Counted from the first letter of the stretch, positions 1-10,017 are shown. The stretch is 64,000 nucleotides of DNA from Cyanobacteria bacterium P01_A01_bin.123 (GCA_039815185.1 JBCBZT010000014.1:78436-142435); one strand, 5' to 3'. Numbers and translations are program-made. The notes: a model not told the origin generated them from the sequence alone.

Positions 1-1
1 T

Positions 2-307
2 CAGATCAGTATTGATGATTTTGGCACTGGTTATTCGTCTCTTAATTATCTCCATCGCCTACCCGTCCATAGCTTGAAGATTGACCGTTGTTTTGTGAGT
101 CAGATGCAGGCAGAAAACCGAAACTACCAGGTTGTGAAGACGATTATTACTTTGAGTAATCAGCTCGGATTAATCACCGTGGCAGAGGGCATCGAGACAT
201 CACAACAATTGCAAAGGCTACAGCAGCTTGGCTGTCAGTTAGGGCAGGGCTACTTATTCTCAAAGCCACTTACCCCCCCTGAAATCGAGTCTCATTTTCT
301 CCAATGA
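2..307 (+). CDS. EAL-domain protein (c-di-GMP phosphodiesterase), C-terminal part, truncated by the window edge
   Basis: The frame from nt 2 reads QISIDDFGTGYSSLNYLHRLPVHSLKIDR...VAEGIE...GQGYLFSKP, which are canonical EAL motifs. Confidence 0.93.
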   Translation, partial: QISIDDFGTGYSSLNYLHRLPVHSLKIDRCFVSQMQAENRNYQVVKTIITLSNQLGLITVAEGIETSQQLQRLQQLGCQLGQGYLFSKPLTPPEIESHFLQ

Positions 308-431
308 ACGCTCTGACTGGCCGGCTTGAGCAATGCTTGGGCTGCGTCGCCTGAAGCAGTAATTAATGCGAGGTAATCAAAATCAGAAAAGTTTGTAAAG
401 ATGATGAGCGTATTGGGTTGAGTAAGCTCCA

Positions 432-851
432 ATGATCAAGATCGAGCGTGGTACATCACGACATGACCTCCTTGAGCTGATCGCGGATCTATCTGGGCCA
501 TGGTATGAACCGATGGCGTTTTCAGGGTTTGGTACAGATTTCCAAAGGGCTGTTCTCGCAGAGGGCAGCGTGGTCGATGCCTATGCTGCTGTTGATTGTG
601 CACTCCTCGACTGGGCCCGCACAATCAACACACAAACTGTTTTAGAACAGCTTGCCGCCATTGTTCAAGCTCCACCTGGGGCAGACTTTTACAGTGACCT
701 GGCCAGTCGGCGTCAGGCTCAATGGGACGATGCCATTAGCTGGATTATCCAAGCGATTCAAGATGCCAACCCCGATGAATTTCAAGAATTACGTGGATCC
801 CTAGAATTCGTCCTGCTCAAGGATTACATTGAAAATGACGATTGTGAATAA
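432..851 (+). CDS. hypothetical protein
   Basis: 139-aa ORF with ATG start that fills the gap between neighbours. No recognisable motif. Confidence 0.6.
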   Translation: MIKIERGTSRHDLLELIADLSGPWYEPMAFSGFGTDFQRAVLAEGSVVDAYAAVDCALLDWARTINTQTVLEQLAAIVQAPPGADFYSDLASRRQAQWDDAISWIIQAIQDANPDEFQELRGSLEFVLLKDYIENDDCE

Positions 852-981
852 CTCGATAAGCCTAGGAAATAGGGATGGAGTAGCACAATGTATGAGCTGA
901 CAAATCCAGCTCTTTGCTTCACATTAGGCAGGCATACTCCATAGTCCTAAGCACAGCAGTTTTATTAGAGAAATCACGGCA

Positions 982-1599
982 ATGAAAAAAATTATTCTTG
1001 CAGTTGCAATAACAAGCTTGGCTGTCACGGGATGCACGTTAGGCGGATCAGAAAGCTCTGCAGAACTGCCTATCGTGGAAGAACCAGAAAGTTCTACGGA
1101 AGCGCCCATTGTAGAGGCACCGCAAGAATCGGATACACAAACCGCTACGTTCGCCGATGGTTCAGTTGAAATGCAGTTTCCAGTTGGATGGCATGAAAAC
1201 GATAGCGAACATCCCTATGATCTCCAATATTTTTCAGAATTTGAAAATATGAATACTGGCTTATTTCTGTACAAATCAGAAGATTTGGCAGCAGAGTCGA
1301 CGCCTCAAGCAATATTTGAATGGCACGTTGAAGATTTAGGTGCTAAACGGGAGAACTTTACGGTTCAAGAGCCAGAGCAAACAGAGAATATTGGTGATAA
1401 CACCATCACGACAGTTGTTTATTCTGGTGATAAAGATGCATCGAGGTTCTACTACAAATTTACTTTGGTAGAGTTTGCCGAGGATCCCGATCGATTTTTA
1501 GTGGCGCTTCAGGTGGCAATCCCCAGTGAGTGGAGCGCGAGCAAGCCAATTCTTGAAGAGATTATGCGTTCTGCCAGAATTAGCTCGGCAAGCCTATAA
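982..1599 (+). CDS. putative lipoprotein (possibly PsbP/Mog1-like fold)
   Basis: Signal peptide with lipobox MKKIILAVAITSLAVTG-C, an acidic linker, then a beta-rich domain. Confidence 0.7.
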   Translation: MKKIILAVAITSLAVTGCTLGGSESSAELPIVEEPESSTEAPIVEAPQESDTQTATFADGSVEMQFPVGWHENDSEHPYDLQYFSEFENMNTGLFLYKSEDLAAESTPQAIFEWHVEDLGAKRENFTVQEPEQTENIGDNTITTVVYSGDKDASRFYYKFTLVEFAEDPDRFLVALQVAIPSEWSASKPILEEIMRSARISSASL

Positions 1600-1732
1600 A
1601 ACTGTAGCCATAAGCTTTAGCTTGCGAGTGTGAGCGAGTGATCTGTAGCGCGTCGCGCCATACACCCCCAGGAGCGCCCAATTGCTGAAAGCGCTCTTGG
1701 CAGCACAATAGCAACGTTATACGTACAGCGTC

Positions 1733-2725
1733 ATGAGGCGTCTCAAGATTAAGCGGTTAATAGCAGTCGCGATCGCGGCCTTGGGATTATGTTTGTACTT
1801 GAATAATGCCTCGTTTCTTGCTGCTCCAATTGGGGCTGAGCCCATTCTGGTTGCCCATCGGGGCCTGAGCCAAGACTTTGATCGTGAAGGTCTCAATAAC
1901 GACACTTGCACCGCCACTCGCATGCTGCCAACGTCCCACGAGTATTTAGAAAATACGATCCCGTCTATGGAAGCGGCGTTTGCCTATGGGGCCGATATCG
2001 TTGAATTCGATATTCACCCCACTACTGACAACCACTTTGCCGTCTTTCACGATTGGACGGTTGACTGCCGTACCAACGGGACTGGGGTTACTCGTAAACA
2101 CACCCTTGAAACTCTGCAAGCGCTTGATATTGGCTATGGCTACACTACTGATGGCCAAACCTACCCGTTTCGTGGAAAGGGGGTAGGGATGATGCCTTCA
2201 TTAGAAACAGTACTGTCCACTTTTCCAGATCGCAAGTTTGTAATCAACATCAAAAGCCAAGACCCTAAAGAAGGCAAGCTCCTTGCCGATCGACTAGCTA
2301 AACTCTCTCCAGAACGCCAAGCTCAGATGATGGTTTACGGTGCAGCCCAGCCAGTCAATATTATTCGAGAACAACTGCCTCCCATTCGCACGCTTTGGCC
2401 GCATCGGCTGAAACAGTGTCTGAGCCGCTATCTAGCCTTTGGTTGGGCCGGGCATGTACCTACTATTTGCCAACGGAATATGCTGATGGTGCCAGCTAAC
2501 TATGCCCGGTGGCTGTGGGGGTGGCCCAACCGCTTTCTGCAGCGCATGGATAAAGTTGGCACAAGCGTCTTTTTGATTGGCAATTATGACGGTGAAGGTT
2601 TTTCAAAAGGATTTGATGATCCTGAACGTCTCAAAGAACTGCCCTCAGACTATGCGGGTGGTATTTGGACAGATCGGATTGATTTGATTGGCCCAGCCGT
2701 TGAGGAAGGGAGCTTTTCATCATGA
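1733..2725 (+). CDS. glycerophosphodiester phosphodiesterase family protein
   Basis: Motifs VAHRG, ENT, VEFDIH, VFHD, INIK and IWTD, with an N-terminal membrane anchor. Confidence 0.9.
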   Translation: MRRLKIKRLIAVAIAALGLCLYLNNASFLAAPIGAEPILVAHRGLSQDFDREGLNNDTCTATRMLPTSHEYLENTIPSMEAAFAYGADIVEFDIHPTTDNHFAVFHDWTVDCRTNGTGVTRKHTLETLQALDIGYGYTTDGQTYPFRGKGVGMMPSLETVLSTFPDRKFVINIKSQDPKEGKLLADRLAKLSPERQAQMMVYGAAQPVNIIREQLPPIRTLWPHRLKQCLSRYLAFGWAGHVPTICQRNMLMVPANYARWLWGWPNRFLQRMDKVGTSVFLIGNYDGEGFSKGFDDPERLKELPSDYAGGIWTDRIDLIGPAVEEGSFSS

Positions 2726-3346
2726 AAGCTGGAGAGACTGGCCAAAATATCCTTCGATGCCAGCTAAAATCGCCTCCATCGCTAAGGCAGCCAGCAATAA
2801 CCCCAAAATTCGAGTGATCACATTTACCCCTGTTTGCCCTAGGCTCTTCTGAATCCAGTCTGCAGAGAGCAAGGCCACAAAGGTGATGAGCAACACAGCC
2901 AGTAAGGCCAATGCCGTCAGTGCCTGATCAACGAAGCCAAACTTCATGTTGTCTGTCAATAACACCACGGTCATGATGCCGCCTGGCCCGGCGATCAGGG
3001 GGGTCGCCAATGGAAACACTGCTAAATCAATGGATGAAGCCGGATCAGTCGATGCCGAGTGCCCTCCAGCATCTTGCAAAACCATCTGTAAGCCCACAAT
3101 CAGCAACAAAATTCCGCCCGCTGTCCGAAAGGCTGGCAGGCTGATCTCTAAAGCCTCCAGCAGAGGCTGACCCATGACTAAAAATGCAAACAAGATGACG
3201 GTTGAGATGCCTACTCCTAACAATGCGATGCGTTGACGGCTGACCTGAGGCTCCTTTTGCGTGATGGCAATAAAGAGCGGCACCAACCCGATTGGATCAA
3301 TCACCACAAACAACGTGACCGCATCCTGAAGAAAGTGTTGAAACAT
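2720..3346 (-). CDS. MarC family membrane protein
   Basis: Motifs LFVVIDPIG, AFRTAGGILL, AVFPLATPLIAGPG and RILGLLLAALA. Confidence 0.92.
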   Translation of the reverse strand: MFQHFLQDAVTLFVVIDPIGLVPLFIAITQKEPQVSRQRIALLGVGISTVILFAFLVMGQPLLEALEISLPAFRTAGGILLLIVGLQMVLQDAGGHSASTDPASSIDLAVFPLATPLIAGPGGIMTVVLLTDNMKFGFVDQALTALALLAVLLITFVALLSADWIQKSLGQTGVNVITRILGLLLAALAMEAILAGIEGYFGQSLQLS

Positions 3347-3413
3347 AGGGATTCTACAGAATCAGTAAGTCTGAGGCCAGTATCCCCCAATATTGAAGGA
3401 TTGAGGGGCTTAG

Positions 3414-3845
3414 CTAGTTGTTGTGAAAGAACACCACATCACAATGGGCATGACGAATGACACGACTTTCCATGGTTCCCAGCAGATAATCAACGGGTTC
3501 TGGACGATCTGCCCCCAGGAAGATTAAATCGACTTTTTCTTCTTCAGCAACTTCTAGGATTTGCGCATGGGTCGAACCATAGCGCACGCTTAACCCGGCA
3601 ATGAGATCCTTGGGGATGTGGTCATTCGCAAACGTTTCTAAAGATTCCAGCGCTTTGGCCTGCGCTTTTTCAATAAAGTTTTCGGGTAGTAATGGGCTGA
3701 CAAAATAACCGCCGTAGTCAGCCATCACGGTCATGACGATAAATTGCCCTTCTAAGGCCTTAATGTAAGCAATCGCTCGATCTAAAAAGGTTAGCTTAGC
3801 ATTGAGCTGATTGATATCGATAGGAAGTAGAACTTTAAGCATCAT
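3414..3845 (-). CDS. universal stress protein (USP)
   Basis: KVLLPID...G...ILEVAEEEKVDLIFLG...LLGTMESRVIRHAHCDV. Confidence 0.9.
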   Translation of the reverse strand: MMLKVLLPIDINQLNAKLTFLDRAIAYIKALEGQFIVMTVMADYGGYFVSPLLPENFIEKAQAKALESLETFANDHIPKDLIAGLSVRYGSTHAQILEVAEEEKVDLIFLGADRPEPVDYLLGTMESRVIRHAHCDVVFFHNN

Positions 3846-3882
3846 AATGGCTCCTAGTGCGGATTGCTGGCTGCGTTAATCT

Positions 3883-5391
3883 TCACTCAGCAGAACTGGC
3901 CGACGCCGCCATCGCCATCTCTGGATCGTCTATGGTCTCTAACTGAATGCGGGTAATCGTCAGGTTCATCGCGCCTAAGAAAATAGACACGAGGGGACTG
4001 AGAATGTTGAAAAAGCAGAAGGGTAAATAGCTCAGGGTGGGCACGCCCAGAACGCCTGAGTGAAATGCACCGCCAGAATTCCAAGGAATCAAAACCGATG
4101 TCACGGTGCCAGCGTCTTCAACCGCCCGAGAAAGGTTTTTAGGGTGTAACCCATACTTGAGATAGGCGGAACGAAACATGCGAGCGGGTACAACGATGGC
4201 GATGTACTGGTCTGAAGCAGTGGCATTCATGAAGAGACAGGTTGCAACCGTTGCCCCGACCAAGGTGCCTGCCCCACGAGCGCCAGCCAGAATGGTATTG
4301 GCCAATTTTTGCAACATACCGCAGGCTTCCAACATGCCCCCAAACAGCATGGCGGTGATAATCAGCCAAATCGTATTCAGCATGCTGCTCATACCACCTC
4401 TGGAGAACAGGCCATCAATTACTTCATTACCCGTCTCAATACTGAAGCCATCGGCAGCCACCCCCACCAAAAGTCCGTAAGCCCCGCCAAGGGTAAAGTT
4501 GCCATCCAGCATCGTCGTTAGGAGACCGCCCTGAAAAATCACAGCGGCAAGGCATCCTAAAAGAACTCCAAAAACGAGCGCTGGCAGAGCAGGCACCCGC
4601 AGGGCAACCATCGTAACCACTAGCAGGGGTACCGCCAACAAAAGCAGATTCAGGTTGAAGTTGTCTAGAATGACGCCTTGAACCTCGGCGATCGCGTCCC
4701 CACTTAAACTGTCGCCTTGATAGAAAAAACCAAGCACAAGAAACCCAATTAGGGCCAACCCAATAGCAGGCCCTGATGAGTAAACCATGTGACGAATGTG
4801 GGTAAACAGATCGGTTCCTGCCATGGCGGGAGCCAGATTGGTGGTATCCGATAAAGGCGACATTTTATCGCCGAAATAAGCGCCTGAAATGACGGCTCCC
4901 GCTACCATGCCGACCGGGACATTAAAGGTCTGGCCGATGGCAATCAGAGCAATGCCAATGGTGCCGCTAGTCGACCAACTACTCCCTGTACAGAGCGCCA
5001 CAATACAGCTGACAACACAGGAGACAAACAGGAAGACTCTAGGGTTAATAATTTCTAAGCCGTAATAAATCATCAGCGGCACAATGCCACTGGCAATCCA
5101 AATGGAAATGAGTGAACCCACCACAAATAGGATTAAAACGGCCTGGAGTGACATGCCAATTGATTTGATCACCTGCTCCTCTAGGAAGCGATAGGGAATT
5201 TTCAGGGCAAACACGCCGATTAATCCGGCAAGCAGTGCGGATAGGCTCAAGGCGATTTGATTGGGGCCAAATGTAGCGTTATCCTTAAACAAAAGGACAT
5301 TAAAAACCATCAGAGCAATCAAAACCCCAATGGGAATCAAGCATAAGAGAACGGAGGGTTCGCGCCTGTCCAACTCTTCTTGCATGGTCAA
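3883..5391 (-). CDS. nhaC: NhaC family Na+/H+ antiporter or amino-acid transporter
   Basis: Motifs TGSSWSTSGTIG, SGAYFGDKMSPLSDTTNLA, RGGMSSM and EDAGTVTSVLIPWN. The start may be the ATG a few codons downstream. Confidence 0.93.
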   Translation of the reverse strand: MTMQEELDRREPSVLLCLIPIGVLIALMVFNVLLFKDNATFGPNQIALSLSALLAGLIGVFALKIPYRFLEEQVIKSIGMSLQAVLILFVVGSLISIWIASGIVPLMIYYGLEIINPRVFLFVSCVVSCIVALCTGSSWSTSGTIGIALIAIGQTFNVPVGMVAGAVISGAYFGDKMSPLSDTTNLAPAMAGTDLFTHIRHMVYSSGPAIGLALIGFLVLGFFYQGDSLSGDAIAEVQGVILDNFNLNLLLLAVPLLVVTMVALRVPALPALVFGVLLGCLAAVIFQGGLLTTMLDGNFTLGGAYGLLVGVAADGFSIETGNEVIDGLFSRGGMSSMLNTIWLIITAMLFGGMLEACGMLQKLANTILAGARGAGTLVGATVATCLFMNATASDQYIAIVVPARMFRSAYLKYGLHPKNLSRAVEDAGTVTSVLIPWNSGGAFHSGVLGVPTLSYLPFCFFNILSPLVSIFLGAMNLTITRIQLETIDDPEMAMAASASSAE

Positions 5392-5922
5392 AACTCCTCA
5401 AACCTATTGGATGGTTGTGCTAAATTTGTTGGCCTTAAGTCACTTGATATGAAAGTAACTGGGTATGAACAAGCTGACCGCTACCGGTTCTTAGGAATAA
5501 ACATCTCAACTTATTGCTTGAAAATCAAACCGATTACTGAAAAATCCGATGACTTGCTTTGTTCGACATAATGCAGCGTATTCATGCACGCTTGCCTGAT
5601 TTTACAGAAACCTGACTTTGCAGAAAGCGTAACAATGCCCAAAGCAAGAGCCCTACAAGCTCTTAAGAACCTATCTTTCAATCTATCGAGGGATCTGTGG
5701 CAGTTGATACAAAAAGCGCTTGCTGATACCGATGCAGCGCTTATGTGCCGTATTTGAGCGGTTATCTAATCACCCGGTTCAGATCCTGCCCAGTCTGTGG
5801 GACGACGAACATGACACGCCGACCGTGATCTTCAGAGATCTTAAAGATCTGTTATCGGTGAAACTTAGCCGCAGAAGAGTAGCTTGGAGGAGTGCACTTG
5901 CCCTTGACCGTATCTGGCAGGT

Positions 5923-7323
5923 ATGAACGTAATGTCAACTTATTACCAACCACCAAGAACCCCAATGTTGTCAGCTGTTGAGTCCAAATCAGATATAGAT
6001 AATCAGAAGGTATATTTTCGCTGCATCGCGGGCTGCCCTGGTCAGCACTCAATATATGACGTGATTTACACTTGCCCATTATGTGGCAGCCTACTGGAAG
6101 TACATCATGAACGTGAACCGCTAAAAAAATACGATGCGTCCCAATGGAAACAACTGTTCGACTCGCGAGCTAGCACAACGACATGGCCCTACGGTAGCGG
6201 CGTATGGGGCATGCGTGAGTGGGTGATTCCTTCATTGGCTGACAAAAATGTAGTCAGCATGTTCGAAGGCAACTCGAACTTGTTTTGGGCCGAAAGATTA
6301 GGGAAGCAACTCGGCGTCCCTGACTTGTGGATCAAACTCTGCGGCAATAGCCACACCGGCAGCTTTAAAGATCTCGGCATGACCGTGCTGGTCAGTGTGG
6401 TTAAACAAATGATGGCCCAAGGCAGTCCTGTCAAAGCAGTTGCCTGCGCCAGCACCGGCGACACCAGCGCCGCATTGGCGGCTTATGCGGCCTATGCTGG
6501 AATCCCGGCAGTTATCTTCTTGCCCGCAGGTAAAGTCAGCACTGCGCAACTGATTCAACCCGTCGCCAATGGTGCGCATGTGCTCGCGCTCGACACCGAC
6601 TTCGACGGATGCATGAAAATTGTTAAAGAAGTCACACAAGACAATTCGATCTACCTTGCTAATTCGATGAACAGTCTGCGCATCGAAGGCCAAAAGACGG
6701 TCGGCATCGAAATCGTTCGGCAGTTTGATTGGCAAGTGCCTGACTGGATTGTGATTCCGGTTGGCAATCTTGGCAATATCAGTGCGCTCCACAAAGGATT
6801 CCAATTGATGATGGACCTCGGGTTGATCACTCGAATGCCGAGGTTAGTCGCGGCTCAAGCGGCCAAGGCCAATCCCTTTTATGAATCATTCAAAATCGAG
6901 TTCAAAGAAAAAGTTACGGCCATAGCACAAGACACGTTGGCCAGCGCCATCAGGATTGGCGACCCGGTCAGCTACGCGAAGGCAGTCAAAGCGATCGTGG
7001 AAACGGATGGCCTGGTTGAACAGGCCACCGAAAACGAATTGGCTGCTGCTGCTGCTCAAGCTGACTTGACCGGCATGTTCACCTGCCCACACACCGGTGT
7101 CGCGCTGGCCGTGCTAACTAAACTGATTAAGCGTGGTGTGATTAAATCCAGTGACAAGACGGTGGTGATCAGCACGGCCCATGGTTTGAAATTCACCGAC
7201 TTTAAAGTCGGGTACCACGAATCGACACTGGAAGACGTGACCAGCCAATACGCTAACCCCGCTGTTCACTTGGCAGCCAACGTGGATGCTGTGAAAGCTG
7301 AAATCGAAAGACGGCTTAGTTAA
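5923..7323 (+). CDS. thrC: threonine synthase, plant-like long form
   Basis: PLP-lysine motif HTGSFKDLG, plus [32 protein letters not shown] and STAHGLKF. Confidence 0.93.
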   Translation: MNVMSTYYQPPRTPMLSAVESKSDIDNQKVYFRCIAGCPGQHSIYDVIYTCPLCGSLLEVHHEREPLKKYDASQWKQLFDSRASTTTWPYGSGVWGMREWVIPSLADKNVVSMFEGNSNLFWAERLGKQLGVPDLWIKLCGNSHTGSFKDLGMTVLVSVVKQMMAQGSPVKAVACASTGDTSAALAAYAAYAGIPAVIFLPAGKVSTAQLIQPVANGAHVLALDTDFDGCMKIVKEVTQDNSIYLANSMNSLRIEGQKTVGIEIVRQFDWQVPDWIVIPVGNLGNISALHKGFQLMMDLGLITRMPRLVAAQAAKANPFYESFKIEFKEKVTAIAQDTLASAIRIGDPVSYAKAVKAIVETDGLVEQATENELAAAAAQADLTGMFTCPHTGVALAVLTKLIKRGVIKSSDKTVVISTAHGLKFTDFKVGYHESTLEDVTSQYANPAVHLAANVDAVKAEIERRLS

Positions 7324-7349
7324 GCGATCTAAGCCCGCTGAGCTGTTGG

Positions 7350-8207
7350 CTAATTCGCAAAGTCCTGGGGCCCGGTATATCCTGAGAGGGCAGCTAGATT
7401 TTGCAGCGTTTGCACCCCGCTATAGAGTTCTCCATTAATTTCCCAGGTGGGATAGCCGCTTACCCCCGCAGCCTCACAAGTACCAGGTTGCGGGTCAACA
7501 CCTTCAGCATCGCATTCCACATAGGTGAGGAACTTATAGGCTTCCTGGCCAAACAGAGCTTGCTGGGCTTCGCAATGGGGACACCACCAGGCACCATATT
7601 TTTTCGCGCCGATATCGGTTAGGTGTTGGGCTAGGGCGATTTCGGATGGGCCAGAATGAGTCTCAACCACAGGTGGCGGATTGCCTGCATTAAAGCTGTC
7701 AGGATTTTGAGCATAAGCGTACAACCCGGTGGTGGCAATTAGCGCCACGACTGCGACAGAGAGACCTGGTAAAATCAATTGCCCAAAACTTTCCCAGCGA
7801 TTACCCACCAGCGTCAGTATCCATAAGCCTAAGCTGAGAATGGCTGAGAGCAGGCATGGCAGACAAGGCTCTTGCACAATCCCAAACATGACGTAGAGCA
7901 GATAACCGCTGAAGACGGTCATAGCAGTGCCGCCAACGAACAATCCCAGCCAAGTCGGCCCCTCCAGAGACTTGGCTTTAGTGATAGTCGGTGCGATCGC
8001 GAAAGCCCCCATCAACCCGTAGGCGATCGCACCCAATAGCGGTAATGAAATTCCCCCCAGTTGCGCATAGGCACTCGTATTTAGGGGGCTATCGCCTTTA
8101 GCCAAGCAGCCGATCGAGAGGAGTAGACCGGCAGCGGCAACCCCGGCAATTAAGTAGCGAGAATAACGGTGTATCCAAGTGGTGGGTTGCTTTCGTCTAC
8201 GTGCCAT
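7350..8207 (-). CDS. vitamin K epoxide reductase (VKOR)-thioredoxin fusion (SynDsbAB/LTO1 type)
   Basis: N-terminus WIHRYSR, five hydrophobic segments, CLPC membrane active site, and a thioredoxin domain with YGAWWCPHC and GYPTWEING. Confidence 0.9.
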   Translation of the reverse strand: MARRRKQPTTWIHRYSRYLIAGVAAAGLLLSIGCLAKGDSPLNTSAYAQLGGISLPLLGAIAYGLMGAFAIAPTITKAKSLEGPTWLGLFVGGTAMTVFSGYLLYVMFGIVQEPCLPCLLSAILSLGLWILTLVGNRWESFGQLILPGLSVAVVALIATTGLYAYAQNPDSFNAGNPPPVVETHSGPSEIALAQHLTDIGAKKYGAWWCPHCEAQQALFGQEAYKFLTYVECDAEGVDPQPGTCEAAGVSGYPTWEINGELYSGVQTLQNLAALSGYTGPQDFAN

Positions 8208-8236
8208 ATGGTTAAATCCTTCAAGATAATAGTGGA

Positions 8237-9160
8237 TTAAATCTGATCTATTTCCAGGGCCAGAGCCTGCAAATCTGCGGGGGGCAGGTTTGCGACGACG
8301 GCATAGAGGTAATCCTCGTCGCGCCAGAGCACAATGCCCGTGCCGTCCGGTTGGTAAAGGGTGATGTAAGTCAGCTGAAATTGCGAGAACTGCCGGAGCT
8401 GCGGAAACTGGTTATCGTCTAAGTCAAGTTGATAGGCTGAGACCGTTTGATTCGCGCTCAACTGATAAGTCAGCCGTAATCCATTGGTTTTCCCGATTTG
8501 GCAGTTGCTCCCCCCCAATAGCTCCCCCTGATCGCCAGGGAGTAGGGGTAATGCCGCCACAGTAGTTTGAAAGCTCCGTAACTGCCGGGGGATTTCATCC
8601 GGTTGGTGCGCGACAAAATCTACTGGGCCATTGGGGTTAGCGAGGGATTTTTGGTGGTCTTGCAAAAGCCAACTCAGCGCTGATTCGGTTTGCTCAACCG
8701 CAGTTTCCGTTGGGGAAATCGTTATAGCGGGCCCAATGGGTTGAGTGTTGGGGAATTGAGTTTGGAGTTGTGCATTGAGGGTGCGAACCTGCCCAGTTAG
8801 AGTCAGGGTACTAAGGCCAAAGGCGATCGCCAGCCCAGCAGCTATACTGCTGATCAACCAGGGCAAGCGGGGCTTAAATCGAGGGGTTCGGATGGGGACC
8901 GGGACAATTTTTGACTGCTGGGTTAATTCGGTTTGGGCAACGGTCAAAATCTGCGATCGCAGCTGTGTCTCCGGCTTTTCTTCGGGTAAGCCATAGGGCA
9001 TCATGGCCAAGGCTTCCTGTAACGCAGAGACCTCTGCCCTAAGTGCTGGGATCTCCGCCAGATATTTTTGGAACTGCTCTGCTTCTTCAGAGCTGAGATC
9101 CCCTAGTACGTAGCCTGCCGCTAATTCTTTGATTTCCTGGGGCGTCAGCGGTGTGGTCAT
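8237..9160 (-). CDS. transmembrane anti-sigma factor
   Basis: N-terminal ELAAGYVLGDLS anti-sigma domain, one TM helix and an extracytoplasmic domain. Overlaps the sigma gene by 4 bp. Confidence 0.85.
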   Translation of the reverse strand: MTTPLTPQEIKELAAGYVLGDLSSEEAEQFQKYLAEIPALRAEVSALQEALAMMPYGLPEEKPETQLRSQILTVAQTELTQQSKIVPVPIRTPRFKPRLPWLISSIAAGLAIAFGLSTLTLTGQVRTLNAQLQTQFPNTQPIGPAITISPTETAVEQTESALSWLLQDHQKSLANPNGPVDFVAHQPDEIPRQLRSFQTTVAALPLLPGDQGELLGGSNCQIGKTNGLRLTYQLSANQTVSAYQLDLDDNQFPQLRQFSQFQLTYITLYQPDGTGIVLWRDEDYLYAVVANLPPADLQALALEIDQI

Positions 9161-9756
9161 AGGGCTTCCTCCCCGAGCACGTCTTGTAACTGCTTTCGCA
9201 GTTGTAATAAGCCCCGTCTGGCCCAGCTTTTCACTGTACCCAAAGGGAGGTTCAACTGTTCGGCAATATCCCGTTGGGATTGGCCCTCGTAGTAGCTCAG
9301 TTCGAGCACTTCTCGCTGATCTGCTTTCAAGGTAGCCAATGCCTTACGGACGAGGGCCCGATGTTCTTGCTGGGTAATCTGATTCATGGGGATAATCGAA
9401 TCGATGGGCGACCGAGTATGTTGCCATTGGTTCAAGTACTTTTGCTGGGTAGATTGCGATCGCAATCGATCAATCGCTCTAGAGCGCGTCAAGGTCGTCA
9501 GGTAGCTAACCAGAGAACCTCGATGCGGGTCGTAAGATTGTGTCCGCACTAAGATCAGAAACACCTCTTGGGTTAAATCCTCTGCTTCAGCGGCGTGACG
9601 CAGTACTTTCAGAGCAGTGCTGTAGACCAAACTGGCATAGCGATCATAGAGAACCCCTAGAGCAGGCAGTTCCCCTGCCCAAAGTCGACGCATGAGCGCA
9701 ATGTCGGATTCACGCTCAAGCATCGGTTGATGCGCATAGGCCCCGGTCTGAGTCAC
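9157..9756 (-). CDS. ECF sigma-70 factor (SigK-like)
   Basis: Motifs LYDRY, AEDLTQEVF, RSRAIDRLR, LSYYEGQSQRDIA and PLGTVKSW. GTG start preceded by a G-rich RBS. Confidence 0.93.
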   Translation of the reverse strand: MTQTGAYAHQPMLERESDIALMRRLWAGELPALGVLYDRYASLVYSTALKVLRHAAEAEDLTQEVFLILVRTQSYDPHRGSLVSYLTTLTRSRAIDRLRSQSTQQKYLNQWQHTRSPIDSIIPMNQITQQEHRALVRKALATLKADQREVLELSYYEGQSQRDIAEQLNLPLGTVKSWARRGLLQLRKQLQDVLGEEAL

Positions 9757-9788
9757 AACCCCCCTTATCTTTGATGTCCTATTAGTTA

Positions 9789-9813
9789 TACGGCTACGGA
9801 TGAGAAGTGGATG
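9789..9813 (-). promoter_or_regulatory. putative ECF (SigK-type) autoregulatory promoter
   Basis: The minus strand reads CATCC-acttctcatccgtag(15 nt)-CCGTA about 30 nt upstream of the sigma start. This resembles the SigK-type CCATCC-N15-CCGAA promoter. Confidence 0.6.
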
Positions 9814-10017
9814 CAGCCAGGAATAATTCCGGTACTTGATGGACTACTGCTGTGAAGATAGCGCCTGTAAGTCCTGTGATTGGGTGTTTGTGGAGGGCTC
9901 GTGATTTGAGTCACGTCTAACAGTTGATGACAATCACACGGAGATCGGAGGGCTATCACCAGGCGGTTATGGCAGTCATTAGATACTAATTTTGTCGCAA
10001 CTGAATAACACTGAATT

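Noticed and set aside
5392..5922. Possible amino-acid riboswitch, T-box or small ORF (5720-5926) between nhaC and thrC
   Set aside because: No recognisable SAM, lysine, glycine or T-box consensus, and the ORF has no motif support. An Rfam scan would be needed.
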